Source: Squalus acanthias (lineage: Eukaryota). Taken from it: a DNA stretch of 64,000 nucleotides. The notes under the pieces are model-generated. The model made no database searches, was not told where the DNA came from, and worked only from the letters and a program-made list of their open reading frames with translations. Within the stretch, counting starts at the first letter, position 1, and every line of letters begins with the position of its first letter. The stretch is taken from assembly GCA_030390025.1 (NCBI GenBank), contig JASTWF010000033.1, forward strand, positions 5,706,001-5,770,000, read 5' to 3'. This document shows positions 26,201-39,300 of the stretch, in pieces. Made by a program: the position numbers and the translations under genes.

Positions 26201-29200
26201 CCCCTCAAACTAATACAGCTCCTCAAACTAATACAGTAACGGAAACTAACACAGCCCCTCAAACTAATACAGCCTCACAAACTAATACAGTACCTCAAAC
26301 TAATACAGTACCTCAAACTAATGCAGCCCCTCAAACTAATACAGTACCTCAAACAAATACAGATCTTCAAACTGATACAGTACCTCAAACTAATACGGTA
26401 CCTCAAACTGATACAGATCCTCAAACTAATACAGCCCCTCAAATTAATACAGTACCTCAAAATAATACAGCTCCTCAAACTAATACAGTACCTCAAACTA
26501 ATACAGTACCTCAAACTAATACAGCCCCTCAAACTAATACAGTAACTCAAACTAATACAGTACCTCAAACTAATACAGCTCCTCAAAATAATTCAGACCC
26601 TCAAACTAATACAGACCCTCAAACTAATACAGCCCCTCAAACTAATACAGACCCTAAAACTAATACAGCACCTCAAACTAATACAGACCCTGAAACTAAT
26701 ACAGCACTCAAACAAATACAGACCCTCAAACTAATACAGTACCTCAAGCTAATACAAAACCTCAAACTATTACAGCTCCTTAAACTAATACAGCACCTCA
26801 AACTAAAACAGAAACTAAAACAAATACAGCACCTCAAACTAATACAGTACCTCAAACTAATACAGCACCTCATAGTAATACCATACCTCAAACTAATACA
26901 GCTCCTCAAACTAATACAGCCCCTCAAACTAATGCAGCTCCTCAAACTAATACAGCCCCTCAAACTAATACAGCCCCTCAAACTAATGCAGCCCCTCAAA
27001 CTTATCCAGCCCCTCAAACTAATACAGCACCTCAAACTAATACAGATCCTCAAACTAATACCCCCTTCAAACTAATACTGACCCTCAAACTAATACAGAC
27101 CCTTAGACTAATGCAGCTCCTCAAACTAATACAGACCCTCAAACTAATACAGCTCCTCAAACTAATACAGTACCTCAAACTAATACAGCACCTCATAGTA
27201 ATACAGTACCTCAAACTAATACAGCTCCTCAAACTAATACAGCCCCTCAAACTAATACAGCTCCTCAAACTAATACAGCCCCTCAAACTAATACAGCCCC
27301 TCAAACTAATGCAGCCCCTCAAACTAATACAGCCCCTCAAACTAATACAGCACCTCAAACTAATACAGTACCTCAAACTAATACAGCCCTCAAACTAATA
27401 CTGACCCTCAAACTAATACAGACCCTCAAACTAATACAGCTCCTCAAACTAATACAGACCCTCAAACTAATACAGCTCCTCAAACTAATACAGCTCCTCA
27501 AACTAATACAGTACCTCAAACTAATACAGACCCCTCAAACTAATAGATACCCTCAAACTAATACAGCCCTCAAACTAATACAGACCCTCAAACTAATACA
27601 GCTCCTCAAACTAATACAGACCCTCAAACTAATACAGACCCTCAAACTAATACAGCCCTCAAACTAATACAGCCCCTCAAACTAATACAGCCCCTAAACT
27701 AATACAACCCCTCAAACTAATACAGATCCTCAAACTAATACAGTATCTCAAACGAATACAGCTCCTCAAACTAATACAGCCCCTAAAACTAATACAACCC
27801 CTCAAACTAATACAGCTCCTCAAACTAATACAGCTCCTCAAACTAATACAGCCCCTCAAACTAATACAGCCCCTCAAACTAATTCAGCCCCTCAAACTTA
27901 TCCAGCCCCTCAAACTAATACAGCACCTCAAACTAATACAGATCCTCAAACTAATACAGCCCCTCAAACTAATACAGTACCTCAAGCTAATACAATACCT
28001 CAAACTATTACAGCTCCTTAAACTAATACAGCACCTCAAACTAAAACAGAAACTAAAACAAATACAGCACCTCAAACTAATACAGTACCTCAAACTAATA
28101 CAGCACCTCATAGTAATACGATACCTCAAACTAATACAGCTCCTCAAACTAATACAGCCCCTCAAACTAATACAGCCACTCAAACTAATACAGCCCCTTA
28201 AACTTATCCAGCCCCTCAAACTAATACAGCACCTCAAACTAATACAGATCCTCAAACTAATACAGCTCCTCAAACTAATACAGCTCCTCAAACTAATACA
28301 GCCCCTCAAACTAATACAGACCCTCAAACTAATACAGACCCTCAAACTAATACAGTACCTCAAACTGATACAGCCCCTCAAACTAATGCAGCACCTGAAA
28401 CTAATACAGCTTATCAAACTATTATACCCCCTCAAACTAATGCAGCCCCTCAAGCTAATACAGTACCTCCAACTAATACAGCCCCTCAAACTAATACAGC
28501 TCCTCAAACTAATACAGTACCTAAAACTAATACAGACTCTCAAACTAGTACAGACTCTCAAACTAATACAGTACCTCAAACTAATACAGTACCTCAAACT
28601 AATACAGCCCCTCAAACTAATACGGAACCTCAAACTAATACAGCCCCTCAAATTAACACAGCCCCTCAAACTAATACAGCCCCTCAAACTAATACAGACC
28701 CTCAAACTAATACAGTAACGGAAACTAATACAGCCCCTCAAACTAATACAGCCTCACAAACTAATACAGTACCTCAAACTAATACAGTACCTCAAACTAA
28801 TGCAGCCCCTCAAACTAATACAGTAACGGAAACTAATACAGCCCCTCAAACTACTACAGCCTCACAAACTAATACAGTACCTCAAACTAATACAGTACCT
28901 CAAACTAATGCAGCCCCTCAAACTAATACAGTACCTCAAACAAATACAGATCTTCAAACTGATACAGTACCTCAAACTAATACGGTACCTCAAACTGATA
29001 CAGCCCCTCAAACTAATACAGATCCTCAAACTAATACAGCACCTCAAACTAATACAGCCCCTCAAATTAATACAGTACCTCAAAATAATACAGCTCCTCA
29101 AACTAATACAGTACCTCAAACTAAGACAGTACCTCAAACTAATACAGCCCCTCAAACTAATACAGTAACTCAAAGTAATACAGTACCTCAAACTAATACA

Positions 29201-30860
29201 GCTCCTCAAAATAATTCAGACCCTCAAACTAATACAGACCCTCAAACTAATACAGCCCCTCAAACTAATACAGACCCTAAAACTAATACAGCACCTCAAA
29301 CTAATACAGACCCTCAAACTAATACAGACCCTCAAACTAATACAGCACTCAAACAAATACAGACCCTCAAACTAATACAGTACCTCAAGCTAATACAATA
29401 CCTCAAACTATTACAGCTCCTTAAACTAATACAGCACCTCAAACTAAAACAGAAACTAAAACAAATACAGCTCCTCAAACTAATACAGTACCTCAAACTA
29501 ATACAGCACCTCATAGTAATACAATACCTCAAACTAATACAGCTCCTCAAACTAATACAGCCCCTCAAACTAATGCAGCTCCTCAAACTAATACAGCCCC
29601 TCAAACTAATACAGCCCCTCAAACTAATACAGCCCCTCAAACTTATGCAGCCCATCAAACTAATACAGCACCTCAAAGTAATACAGTACCTCAAACTAAT
29701 ACAGAACCTCAAACTAATACAGCCCCTCAAAATTATACAGCCACTCAAACTAATACAGCCCCTCAAACTAATACAGCCCCTCAAACTAATACAGCCCCTC
29801 AAACTAATACAGTACCTCAAACTAATACAGACCCTCAAACTAATACAGCCCCTCAAACTAATACAGCCCCTCAAACTAATACAGACCCTCAAACTAATAC
29901 AGCACCTCAAACTAATACAACCCTCAAACTAATACAGCCCCTCAAACTAATGCAGCCCCTCAAACTCATACAGCCCTCAAACTTATACAGACCCTCAAAC
30001 TAATGCAGCCCCTCAAACTAATACAGCTCCTCAAACTAATACAGCCCCTCAAGCTCATACAGCCCCTCAAACTAATACAGCCCCTCAAACTAATACAGCC
30101 CCTCAAACTAATACAGCTCCTCAAACTAATACAGCCCCTCAAACTAATACAGACCATCAAACTAATACAGCTCCTCAAACTAATAGAGCTCCTCAACTAA
30201 TACAGTACCTCAAACTAATACAACCCCACAAACTAATAGATACCCTCAAACAAATACCCCCTTCAAACTAATACAGACCCTTAAACTAATGCAGCTCCTC
30301 AAACTAATACAGCTCCTCAAACTAATACAGTACCTCAAACTAATACAACCCCACAAACTAATAGATACCCTCAAACTAATACCCCCTTCAATCTAATACA
30401 GACCCTCAAACTAATACAGCTCCTCAAACTAATACAGCTCCTCAAACTAATACAGTACCTCAAACTAATACAACCCCACAAACTAATAGATACCCTCAAA
30501 CTAATACCCCCTTCAAACTAATACAGACCCTCAAACTAATACAGACCCTCAAACTAATACCCCCTTCAAACTAATACGGCCCCTCAAACTAATACAGCCC
30601 CTCAAACTAATACAACCCCTCAAACTAATACAGATCCTCAAACTAATACAGTATCTCAAACTAATACAGCTCCTCAAACTAATACAGCTCCTCAAACTAA
30701 TACAGTTCCCCAAACTAATACAGCCCCTCAAACTAATGCAGCACCTGAAACTAATACAGCTTATCAAACTATTATACCCCCTCAAACTAATGCAGCCCCT
30801 CAATCTAATACAGTTCCTGAAACTAATACAGCTCCTCAAACTAATACAGTTCCTCTAACT
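20299..30860. repeat. 18-bp tandem satellite (CTCAAACTAATACAGNNC) with higher-order structure
   Basis: 18-bp periodicity; diagnostic variant blocks (e.g. CTAAAACAGAAACTAAAACAAATACAG) recur many times. Confidence 0.97.
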
Positions 30861-31084
30861 AGTAGACAGACCCACCCACCACCTTTCTGGTCCAAAGTCC
30901 TGTAATCTCCTGTTCCCACAAAGTCACAGTGCATGGGATATCACTTGCCAGACACCATGAGGTCGTTACCAGGCTAACAACAACTCATTGTACAGATTAT
31001 TTGAACAGTTTAACAATGCAAATTCTAAATATAAATTTAAAAGTCTTGTGTTTATTTCTGTTAAGTTAATAGTGGTCTATTAGA

Positions 31085-32355
31085 TAAAGTCATGGCAGGG
31101 CACCTCATTCCCGTGGAATACACATCTTGTGCCATGTGGGAACTCCATTACAGTTCCCGTGTCCTGGACAATCACATGTGCAGGAAGTGTCGTCAGCTGG
31201 AGGAGCTCGAACTCCGGGTTTAGGAGCTTGAGCAGCAACTGACGTCACTGCGGTGCATCCGTGAGGCTGAGAGCTGCGTGGATAGCACGTTTCAGGAGAT
31301 GGTCACCCCGCAACCTAAGAGTGTGCAGGCAGAGAGGGATTGGGTGACCGCCAGACAGACAAGGTGGACCAGGCAGGTAGTGCAGGAGTCTCCTGAGTGC
31401 ATCTCACTCTCTAACCGCTATTCAGTGGTACATACTGGAGAGGGAGTTGGTTCCTCTGGCGAGTACAGCCAGAGCCAAGTCCAGAGCACCACGGGTGGAT
31501 CAGCTCTACAGTGCGGGGGGGGGGGGGGGGGGCGGGGGGGGGGGGGGGGCGGGGGAGCAGAAAGATCAGGAAAGCAATAGTGATCGGGGATTCAATAGTT
31601 AGGGGAATAGACAATCGTTTCTGCGGCCGCAGACGTGACTCCAGGATGGTATGTTTCCTCCCTGGTGCCAGGGTAAAGGACTGAAGAACATTCTGAGGAG
31701 GGTGGTTGAACAGCCAGAGGTCGTGGTCCATATCGGTACCAATGACATATGTAGAAAGAGGGATGACGACCTGCAGGCAGATTTTAGGGAGCTAGGAAAG
31801 AGATTAAAATCAGGACCTCAAAGGTAGTAATCTTCGGATTACTCCCGGTGCCTGTGCTGTGAGTATAGAAATAGGAGGATAGAGCAGATGAATGAGTGGC
31901 TGGAGAGATGGTGCATTAGGGAGTGCTTTAGATTCCTGGGACATTGGGACCGGTTCTCGGGGAGGTGGGACCTGTACAGGCCTGAAAGTTTGCACCTCAA
32001 CAGGGCCGAAACCAATGGCCTCGACGGGGAGGGGGGTGGGTTGCTCGGAGTGTTGGGGAGGTTTTAAACTAATTTGGCAGTGGGTGGGCACCAGGGTGTA
32101 GCATTAGAAAGGAGAATCAAGGTGCACAAAGGATTGGCAGAGACGGATAGCACAAGAGTAAGAAATAATAAGGTCCTATGTGGGGTCAGACTAAGAGAAT
32201 ACAAGACAGGTTTATAGTGCATGTGGGTAAATGCATGAAGTGTGGTTAATAAGGTTGGTGAGCTGCAGGCCACATGGCAATATGTTGTCGTGATGATAAT
32301 GGAGACATGCTCAAAAAAGGGAAGGATTGGGTACCAAATATTCCTGGGGACAAGG
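31085..32355 (+). mobile_element. CR1 LINE 5' part: ORF1 (Cys-rich/leucine zipper + SGNH esterase) and start of ORF2, degraded
   Basis: C..C.MWE / MCRKC then ELEQQL; AIVIGDSIVRGIDNRFCGRRRDSRMVCFLPGARVKD; VVHIGTND; VNA.SVVNKVGELQA start of the endonuclease. Confidence 0.85.
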
Positions 32356-33155
32356 TCATAGTCATAGTCACAGAGTCATAGATTTATACAGCACAGAAAG
32401 AGGCCCTTTGGCCCATCGTGTCCGCGCCGGCCATGAAGCCCTATCTATTCTAATCCCATTTTCCAGCACTTGGTCCGTAGCCTTGTATGCTATGGCATTT
32501 CAAGTGCTCATCTAAATGCTTCTTGAATGCTGTGAGGGTTCCTGCCTCTACCACCCTTTCAGGCAGTGAGTTCCAGATTCCAACCACCCTCTGGGTGAAA
32601 ACGTTTTTCCTCAAATCCCCTCTAAACCTTCTGCCCCTTACATTGAAACTATGCCCCTTGGTTATTGACCCCTCTACTAATGGGAAAAGTTCTTTTCTAT
32701 CTACCGTATCAATGTCCCTCATAATTTTGTACACCTCAATCAAGTTCCCCCCTCAGCCTTCTCTGCTCTAAGGAAAACAACCCCAGCCTGTCCAGTTTCT
32801 CTTCATAGCTGAAGCGCTCCAGCCCAGTTAACATCCTGGTGAATCTCCTCTGCACCCTTTCAAATACAATCACATCCTTCCTATAGTGTGGCGACCAGAA
32901 CTGCACACAGTATTCCAGCTGTGGCCGAACTAGCGTTTTGTACAGCTCCGTCGTAACCTCCCTGCGCTTATATTCTATGCCTCGGCGAATGAAGGCAAGT
33001 ATCCCATATGTCTTTTTAAACACCTTTTCTACCTCTCCTGCTGCCTTCAGGGATCTATGTACATGCACACCAAGGTCCCTCTGAACCTCCCTCCTTCCTA
33101 GGGTCCTACCATTCATTGTGTATTCCCTTGCCTTGTTAATCTTCCCAAAATGCTC
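32356..33155 (-). mobile_element. CR1 LINE 3' fragment
   Basis: QRDLGVHVHRSLK, LVRPQLEYCVQFWSP, FTQRVVGIWNSLP; (CTATGA)-like tail at ~32356-32380. Confidence 0.92.
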
Positions 33156-34691
33156 ATTTCAAAATCACAGACAACTCATTTCACAAACTCAGAAAGTTCA
33201 TTTCAGTGACCTAGACAGCTCCATTCACAGATTAGGACAGATCCATTCACAAACTCAGACAGCTCCAATCACAGAAACAGACAGCAACATTCACAGACAT
33301 GGAAAGCTGATGTCAAAAACCCAGACAGCTCATTTCAAAAACACAGAAAGTTCATTTCACAGATCTAGACGTCTCCATTCACAGACACAGACAACTCATT
33401 TCAGAGACTCAGTCAGCTAAATACACAGACCCAGATAGATACATTCACAGACCCAGACATCTCCATTCACAGATCCAGACAGCTGCATTCACAGACCCAG
33501 AAAGCTCCATTCACAGACTCAGAAAGCTAATTTCACAAACCCAGAAAGTTCATTTCACAGCACTAGACATCTCCATTCACAGAGAAAGACAACTCATTCC
33601 ACAGATTCCGACAGCTCCATTCACAGACCCAGACAGATCCATTCACAGACCCAGAGAATTCACTTCACAGACTAAGAAAGCTCCATTCACAGTCACAGAC
33701 AGCGACATTCACAGGCCCAGGCAGCTCCATTCACAGACCCAAACAGTTCCATTCACAGACCCAGACTGCTCCATTCACAGACACAGACAGCTCCATTCAC
33801 AGACCCAGACAGCTCCATTCACAGACTCAGACCTCTCCATTCACAGACCCAGAGAGCTCCATTCACAGACCCAGGCAGCATCTTTCACAGACCCAGGCAG
33901 CTCCATTCACAGACTCAGACAGCTCCATTCACAGACTCAGACAGCTCAATTCACAGACCCAGACTGCTCCATTCACAGACACAGACAGCTCCATTCACAG
34001 ACCCAGAGAGCTCCTTTCACAGACCCAGGCAGCTCCATTCACAGACTCAGACAGCTCCATTCACAGACTCAGACAGCTCCATTCACAGACCCAGACAGCT
34101 CCATTCACAGACACAGACAGCTCCATTCACAGACACAGACAGCTCCATTCACAGACTCAGACATCTCCATTCACAGACCCAGAGAGCTCCATTCACAGAC
34201 CCAGGCAGCTCCTTTCACAGACCCAGGCAGCTCCATTCACAGACTTAGACGGCTCACTTCAAAGACTCAGAAAGCTCATGACACAGACCCAGACAGCTCC
34301 ATTCACAGACTCAGACAGCTCCATTCACAGACCCAGACAGCTCCATTCACAGACTCAGACAGCTCTATTCACAGAACCAGACAACTCCATTCTCAGACCC
34401 AGACAGCTAATTTCACAGACACAGACAGCTCCAATCAACGACCCAGACAGTTCCATTCACAGACCCAGACAGCTCCATTGAAAGACACAGACAGTTCTAT
34501 TCACAGAACCAGATAGATCATTTCACAGACCCAGACATCACCATTCACAGACCAAGACAGATCGTTTCACAGACTCAGAAAGCTCATTTGACTGTCCCAG
34601 ACAGCTCCATTCACAGACCCAGACAGCTCACTTCACAGACCTAGACAGCCCCATTCACAGATCCAGACAGCTCCATTCACAGACCCAGACA

Positions 34692-34860
34692 GTCCAAAGA
34701 TGTGCGGGTTAGGTTGATTTGGCTATGATAAATTGACCCTTAGTGTTAGGGGGATTAAATACGTGGGGTTACGGGGATAGGGTGGGATATGTGTCGGTGC
34801 AGGCTCGATGGGCCGAAATGGCCTCTATCTGCATTAGGGGATTCTGTGATTCTGTGATTT
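34692..34860 (+). mobile_element. HE1/V-SINE-like 3' fragment in satellite (further copies at 37437-37605 and 39939-40107)
   Basis: GTCCAAAGATGTGCGGGTTAGGT...AAATTG.CCCTTAGTG...GGTGCAGGCTCGATGGGCCGAA.TGGCCT...GATTCTGTGATTCT; 3' end shared with the CR1 tails in this window. Confidence 0.78.
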
Positions 34861-36220
34861 CACAGACCCAAACAGTTCCATTCACAGACATGGAAAGCTG
34901 ATTTCAAAAACCAAGACAGCTCATTTCACAAACACAGAAAGTTCATTTCACATACCCAGACATTTCCCTTCACAGACCCAGACCACTCATTTCACAGATT
35001 CAGACAGCTCAATTCACAGACACAGACATCTCCATTCAGAGAACGAGACAGCTCCATTCACAGACTCAGACAGCTCAATGCACAGACCCAGACATCTCCA
35101 TTCACAGACCTAGACAACGCATTTCGCAGACTCCGAAAGCTCCATTCACAGACCCATGCAGCTCCATTCACAGACCCAGACAACTCATTGCACAGACCCA
35201 GACAGCCCATTCACATACCCTGACATCACAATTCACAGAGGCACACAGCTCCATTCACAGACTCAGACAGCTCCATTCACAGACCCAGACAGCTCTATTC
35301 ACAGACCCAGAAAGCTCCATTCACAGACCCAGACAGCTCCATTCACAGACCCAGACATCTCCATTCACAGACTCAGACAGCTCCATTCACAGACCCCGAC
35401 AGCTCTATTCACAGACCCAGAAAGCTCCATTCACAGACCCAGACAGCTCCATTCACAGACCCAGACAGCTCCATTCACAGACCCAGACAGCCCATTCACA
35501 GACACAGATATCTCCATTCACAGATCCAAACAGCTCCATTCACAGACTCAGACAGCTCCATTCACAGACACAGACAGCTCCATTCACAGACCCAGACAGC
35601 TCCATTTACAGATCCAGACAGCTCCATTTATAGACCCAAACAGCTCCATTCACAGACCAAAACAGCTCCATTTACAGACCCAGACAGCTCCATTCACAGA
35701 CACAGACAGCTCCATTCACAGACCCAGACAGCTCCATTTACAGACCCAGACAGCTCCATTTATAGACCCAAACAGCTCCATTCACAGACCAAAACAGCTC
35801 CATTTACAGACCCAGACAGCTCCATTTACAGCCACAGACAGCTCCATTTACAGACCCAGACAGCTCCATTTACAAACTCTGACAGCTCAATTCACAGACA
35901 AAGACAGCTCCATTCACAGAAACAGACAGCTCCATTCACAGACCCAGACAGCTCCATTTACAGACTCTGACAGCTCAATTCACAGACACAGACAGCTCCA
36001 TTCAAAGACACAGACAGCTCATTTCATCGACCAAGACAGCTCCATTTACAGACTCTGACAGCTCAATTCACAGACACAGACAGCTCCATTCAAAGACACA
36101 GACAACTCCATTCACGGACCCAGACAGCACATTTCACAGACGCAGAAAGCATATTTCACTGACCCAGAGAGCTCCATTCAGAGAGTCAGACAGCTCCATT
36201 TACAGACCCAGACAGCTCCA

Positions 36221-36318
36221 TTGAAGATAGTTCTTCGACCTGAAACGTTAACTCTGTTTCTTTCTCCACGGATTGTGCCTGGCCCGCAGAGTTTTCCAGC
36301 GTTTTCTGTTGTTAGATT
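36221..36318 (+). mobile_element. Penelope 3'-end/hammerhead-derived fragment in satellite (7 copies: 36221, 38834, 41336, 43218, 44751, 46061, 47217)
   Basis: CGACCTGAAACGTTAACTCT..TCTCCACGGAT..GCCTGGCC.GC.GAG.TTTTCCAGCGTTTTCTGTTGTTA matches 12535-12614. Confidence 0.9.
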
Positions 36319-39300
36319 CATTCACAGATTCAGACAGCTCCATTCACAGACTCAGAAAGTTCATTTCAGAGACCGAGATAGCACCATTCACAGACACAGA
36401 CAGTTGCATTCACAGACCCAGACAGCACCATTCACAGACATAGACAGTTACATTCAGAGACCCAGAGAGCTCCTTTCACAGACCCAGGCAGCTCCATTCA
36501 CAGACTCAGACAGCTCCATTCACAGACTCAGACAGCTCCATTCACAGACCCAGACAGCTCCATTCACAGACACAGACAGCTCAATTCACAGACCCAGACT
36601 GCTCCATTCACAGACACAGACAGCTCCATTCACAGACCCAGGCAGCATCTTTCACAGACCCAGGCAGCTCCATTCACAGACTCAGACAGCTCCATTCACA
36701 GACTCAGACAGCTCAATTCACAGACCCAGACTGCACCATTCACAGACACAGACAGCTCCATTCACAGACCCAGAGAGCTCCTTTCACAGACCCAGGCAGC
36801 TCCATTCACAGACTCAGACAGCTCCATTCACAGACTCAGACAGCTCCATTCACAGACCCAGACAGCTCCATTCACAGACACAGACAGCTCCATTCACAGA
36901 CACAGACAGCTCCATTCACAGACTCAGACATCTCCATTCACAGACCCAGAGAGCTCCATTCACAGACCCAGGCAGCTCCTTTCACAGACTTAGACGGCTC
37001 ACTTCAAAGACTCAGAAAGCTCATGACACAGACCCAGACAGCTCCATTCACAGACTCAGACAGCTCCATTCACAGACCCAGACAGCTCCATTCACAGACT
37101 CAGACAGCTCTATTCACAGAACCAGACAACTCCATTCTCAGACCCAGACAGCTAATTTCACAGACACAGACAGCTCCAATCAACGACCCAGACAGTTCCA
37201 TTCACAGACCCAGACAGCTCCATTGAAAGACACAGACAGTTCTATTCACAGAACCAGATAGATCATTTCACAGACCCAGACATCACCATTCACAGACCAA
37301 GACAGATCGTTTCACAGACTCAGAAAGCTCATTTGACTGTCCCAGACAGCTCCATTCACAGACCCAGACAGCTCACTTCACAGACCTAGACAGCCCCATT
37401 CACAAATCCAGACAGCTCCATTCACAGACCCAGACAGTCCAAAGATGTGCGGGTTAGGTTGATTTGGCTATGATAAATTGACCCTTAGTGTTAGGGGGAT
37501 TAAATACGTAGGGTTACGGGGATAGGGTGGGATATGTGTCGGTGCAGGCTCGATGGGCCGAAATGGCCTCTATCTGCATTAGGGGATTCTGTGATTCTGT
37601 GATTTCACAGACCCAAACAGTTCCATTCACAGACATGGAAAGCTGATTTCAAAAACCAAGACAGCTCATTTCACAAACACAGAAAGTTCATTTCACATAC
37701 CCAGACATTTCCCTTCACAGACCCAGACCACTCATTTCACAGATTCAGACAGCTCAATTCACAGACACAGACATCTCCATTCAGAGAACGAGACAGCTCC
37801 ATTCACAGACTCAGACAGCTCAATGCACAGACCCAGACATCTCCATTCACAGACCTAGACAACGCATTTCGCAGACTCCGAAAGCTCCATTCACAGACCC
37901 ATGCAGCTCCATTCACAGACCCAGACAACTCATTGCACAGACCCAGACAGCCCATTCACATACCCTGACATCACAATTCACAGAGGCACACAGCTCCATT
38001 CACAGACTCAGACAGCTCCATTCACAGACCCAGACAGCTCTATTCACAGACCCAGAAAGCTCCATTCACAGACCCAGACAGCTCCATTCACAGACCCAGA
38101 CATCTCCATTCACAGACTCAGACAGCTCCATTCACAGACCCAGACAGCTCTATTCACAGACCCAGAAAGCTCCATTCACAGACCCAGACAGCTCCATTCA
38201 CAGACCCAGACAGCTCCATTCACAGACCCAGACAGCCCATTCACAGACACAGATATCTCCATTCACAGATCCAAACAGCTCCATTCACAGACTCAGACAG
38301 CTCCATTCACAGACACAGACAGCTCCATTCACAGACCCAGACAGCTCCATTTACAGATCCAGACAGCTCCATTTATAGACCCAAACAGCTCCATTCACAG
38401 ACCAAAACAGCTCCATTTACAGACCCAGACAGCTCCATTTACAGCCACAGACAGCTCCATTTACAGACCCAGACAGCTCCATTTACAAACTCTGACAGCT
38501 CAATTCACAGACAAAGACAGCTCCATTCACAGAAACAGACAGCTCCATTCACAGACCCAGACAGCTCCATTTACAGACTCTGACAGCTCAATTCACAGAC
38601 ACAGACAGCTCCATTCAAAGACACAGACAGCTCATTTCATCGACCAAGACAGCTCCATTTACAGACTCTGACAGCTCAATTCACAGACACAGACAGCTCC
38701 ATTCAAAGACACAGACAACTCCATTCACGGACCCAGACAGCACATTTCACAGACGCAGAAAGCATATTTCACTGACCCAGAGAGCTCCATTCAGAGAGTC
38801 AGACAGCTCCATTTACAGACCCAGACAGCTCCATTGCAGATAGTTCTTCGACCTGAAACGTTAACTCTGTTTCTTTCTCCACGGATTGTGCCTGGCCCGC
38901 AGAGTTTTCCAGCGTTTCTGTTGTTAGATTCATTCACAGATTCAGACAGCTCCATTCACAGACTCAGAAAGTTCATTTCAGAGACCGAGATAGCACCATT
39001 CACAGACACAGACAGTTGCATTCACAGACCCAGACAGCACCATTCACAGACATAGACAGTTACATTCAGAGACCCAGAGAGCTCCTTTCACAGACCCAGG
39101 CAGCTCCATTCACAGACTCAGACAGCTCCATTCACAGACTCAGACAGCTCCATTCACAGACCCAGACAGCTCCATTCACAGACACAGACAGCTCAATTCA
39201 CAGACCCAGACTGCTCCATTCACAGACACAGACAGCTCCATTCACAGACCCAGAGAGCTCCTTTCACAGACCCAGGCAGCTCCATTCACAGACTCAGACA

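Noticed and set aside
20315..30839. Long ORFs such as (LRGCIS)n, (LKLIQP)n and (PQTNTA)n
   Set aside because: By-products of an 18-bp unit; frames break at random, no unique domains or splice structure
31515..31555. Long poly-G tract (G-quadruplex or Gly-rich coding candidate)
   Set aside because: Homopolymer expansion inside a dead CR1 ORF1; length may be a sequencing artefact
31085..33155. CR1 5' part plus inverted 3' part as one twin-primed insertion
   Set aside because: The 3' tail sits at the internal junction, the wrong geometry for twin priming; independent insertions are more likely
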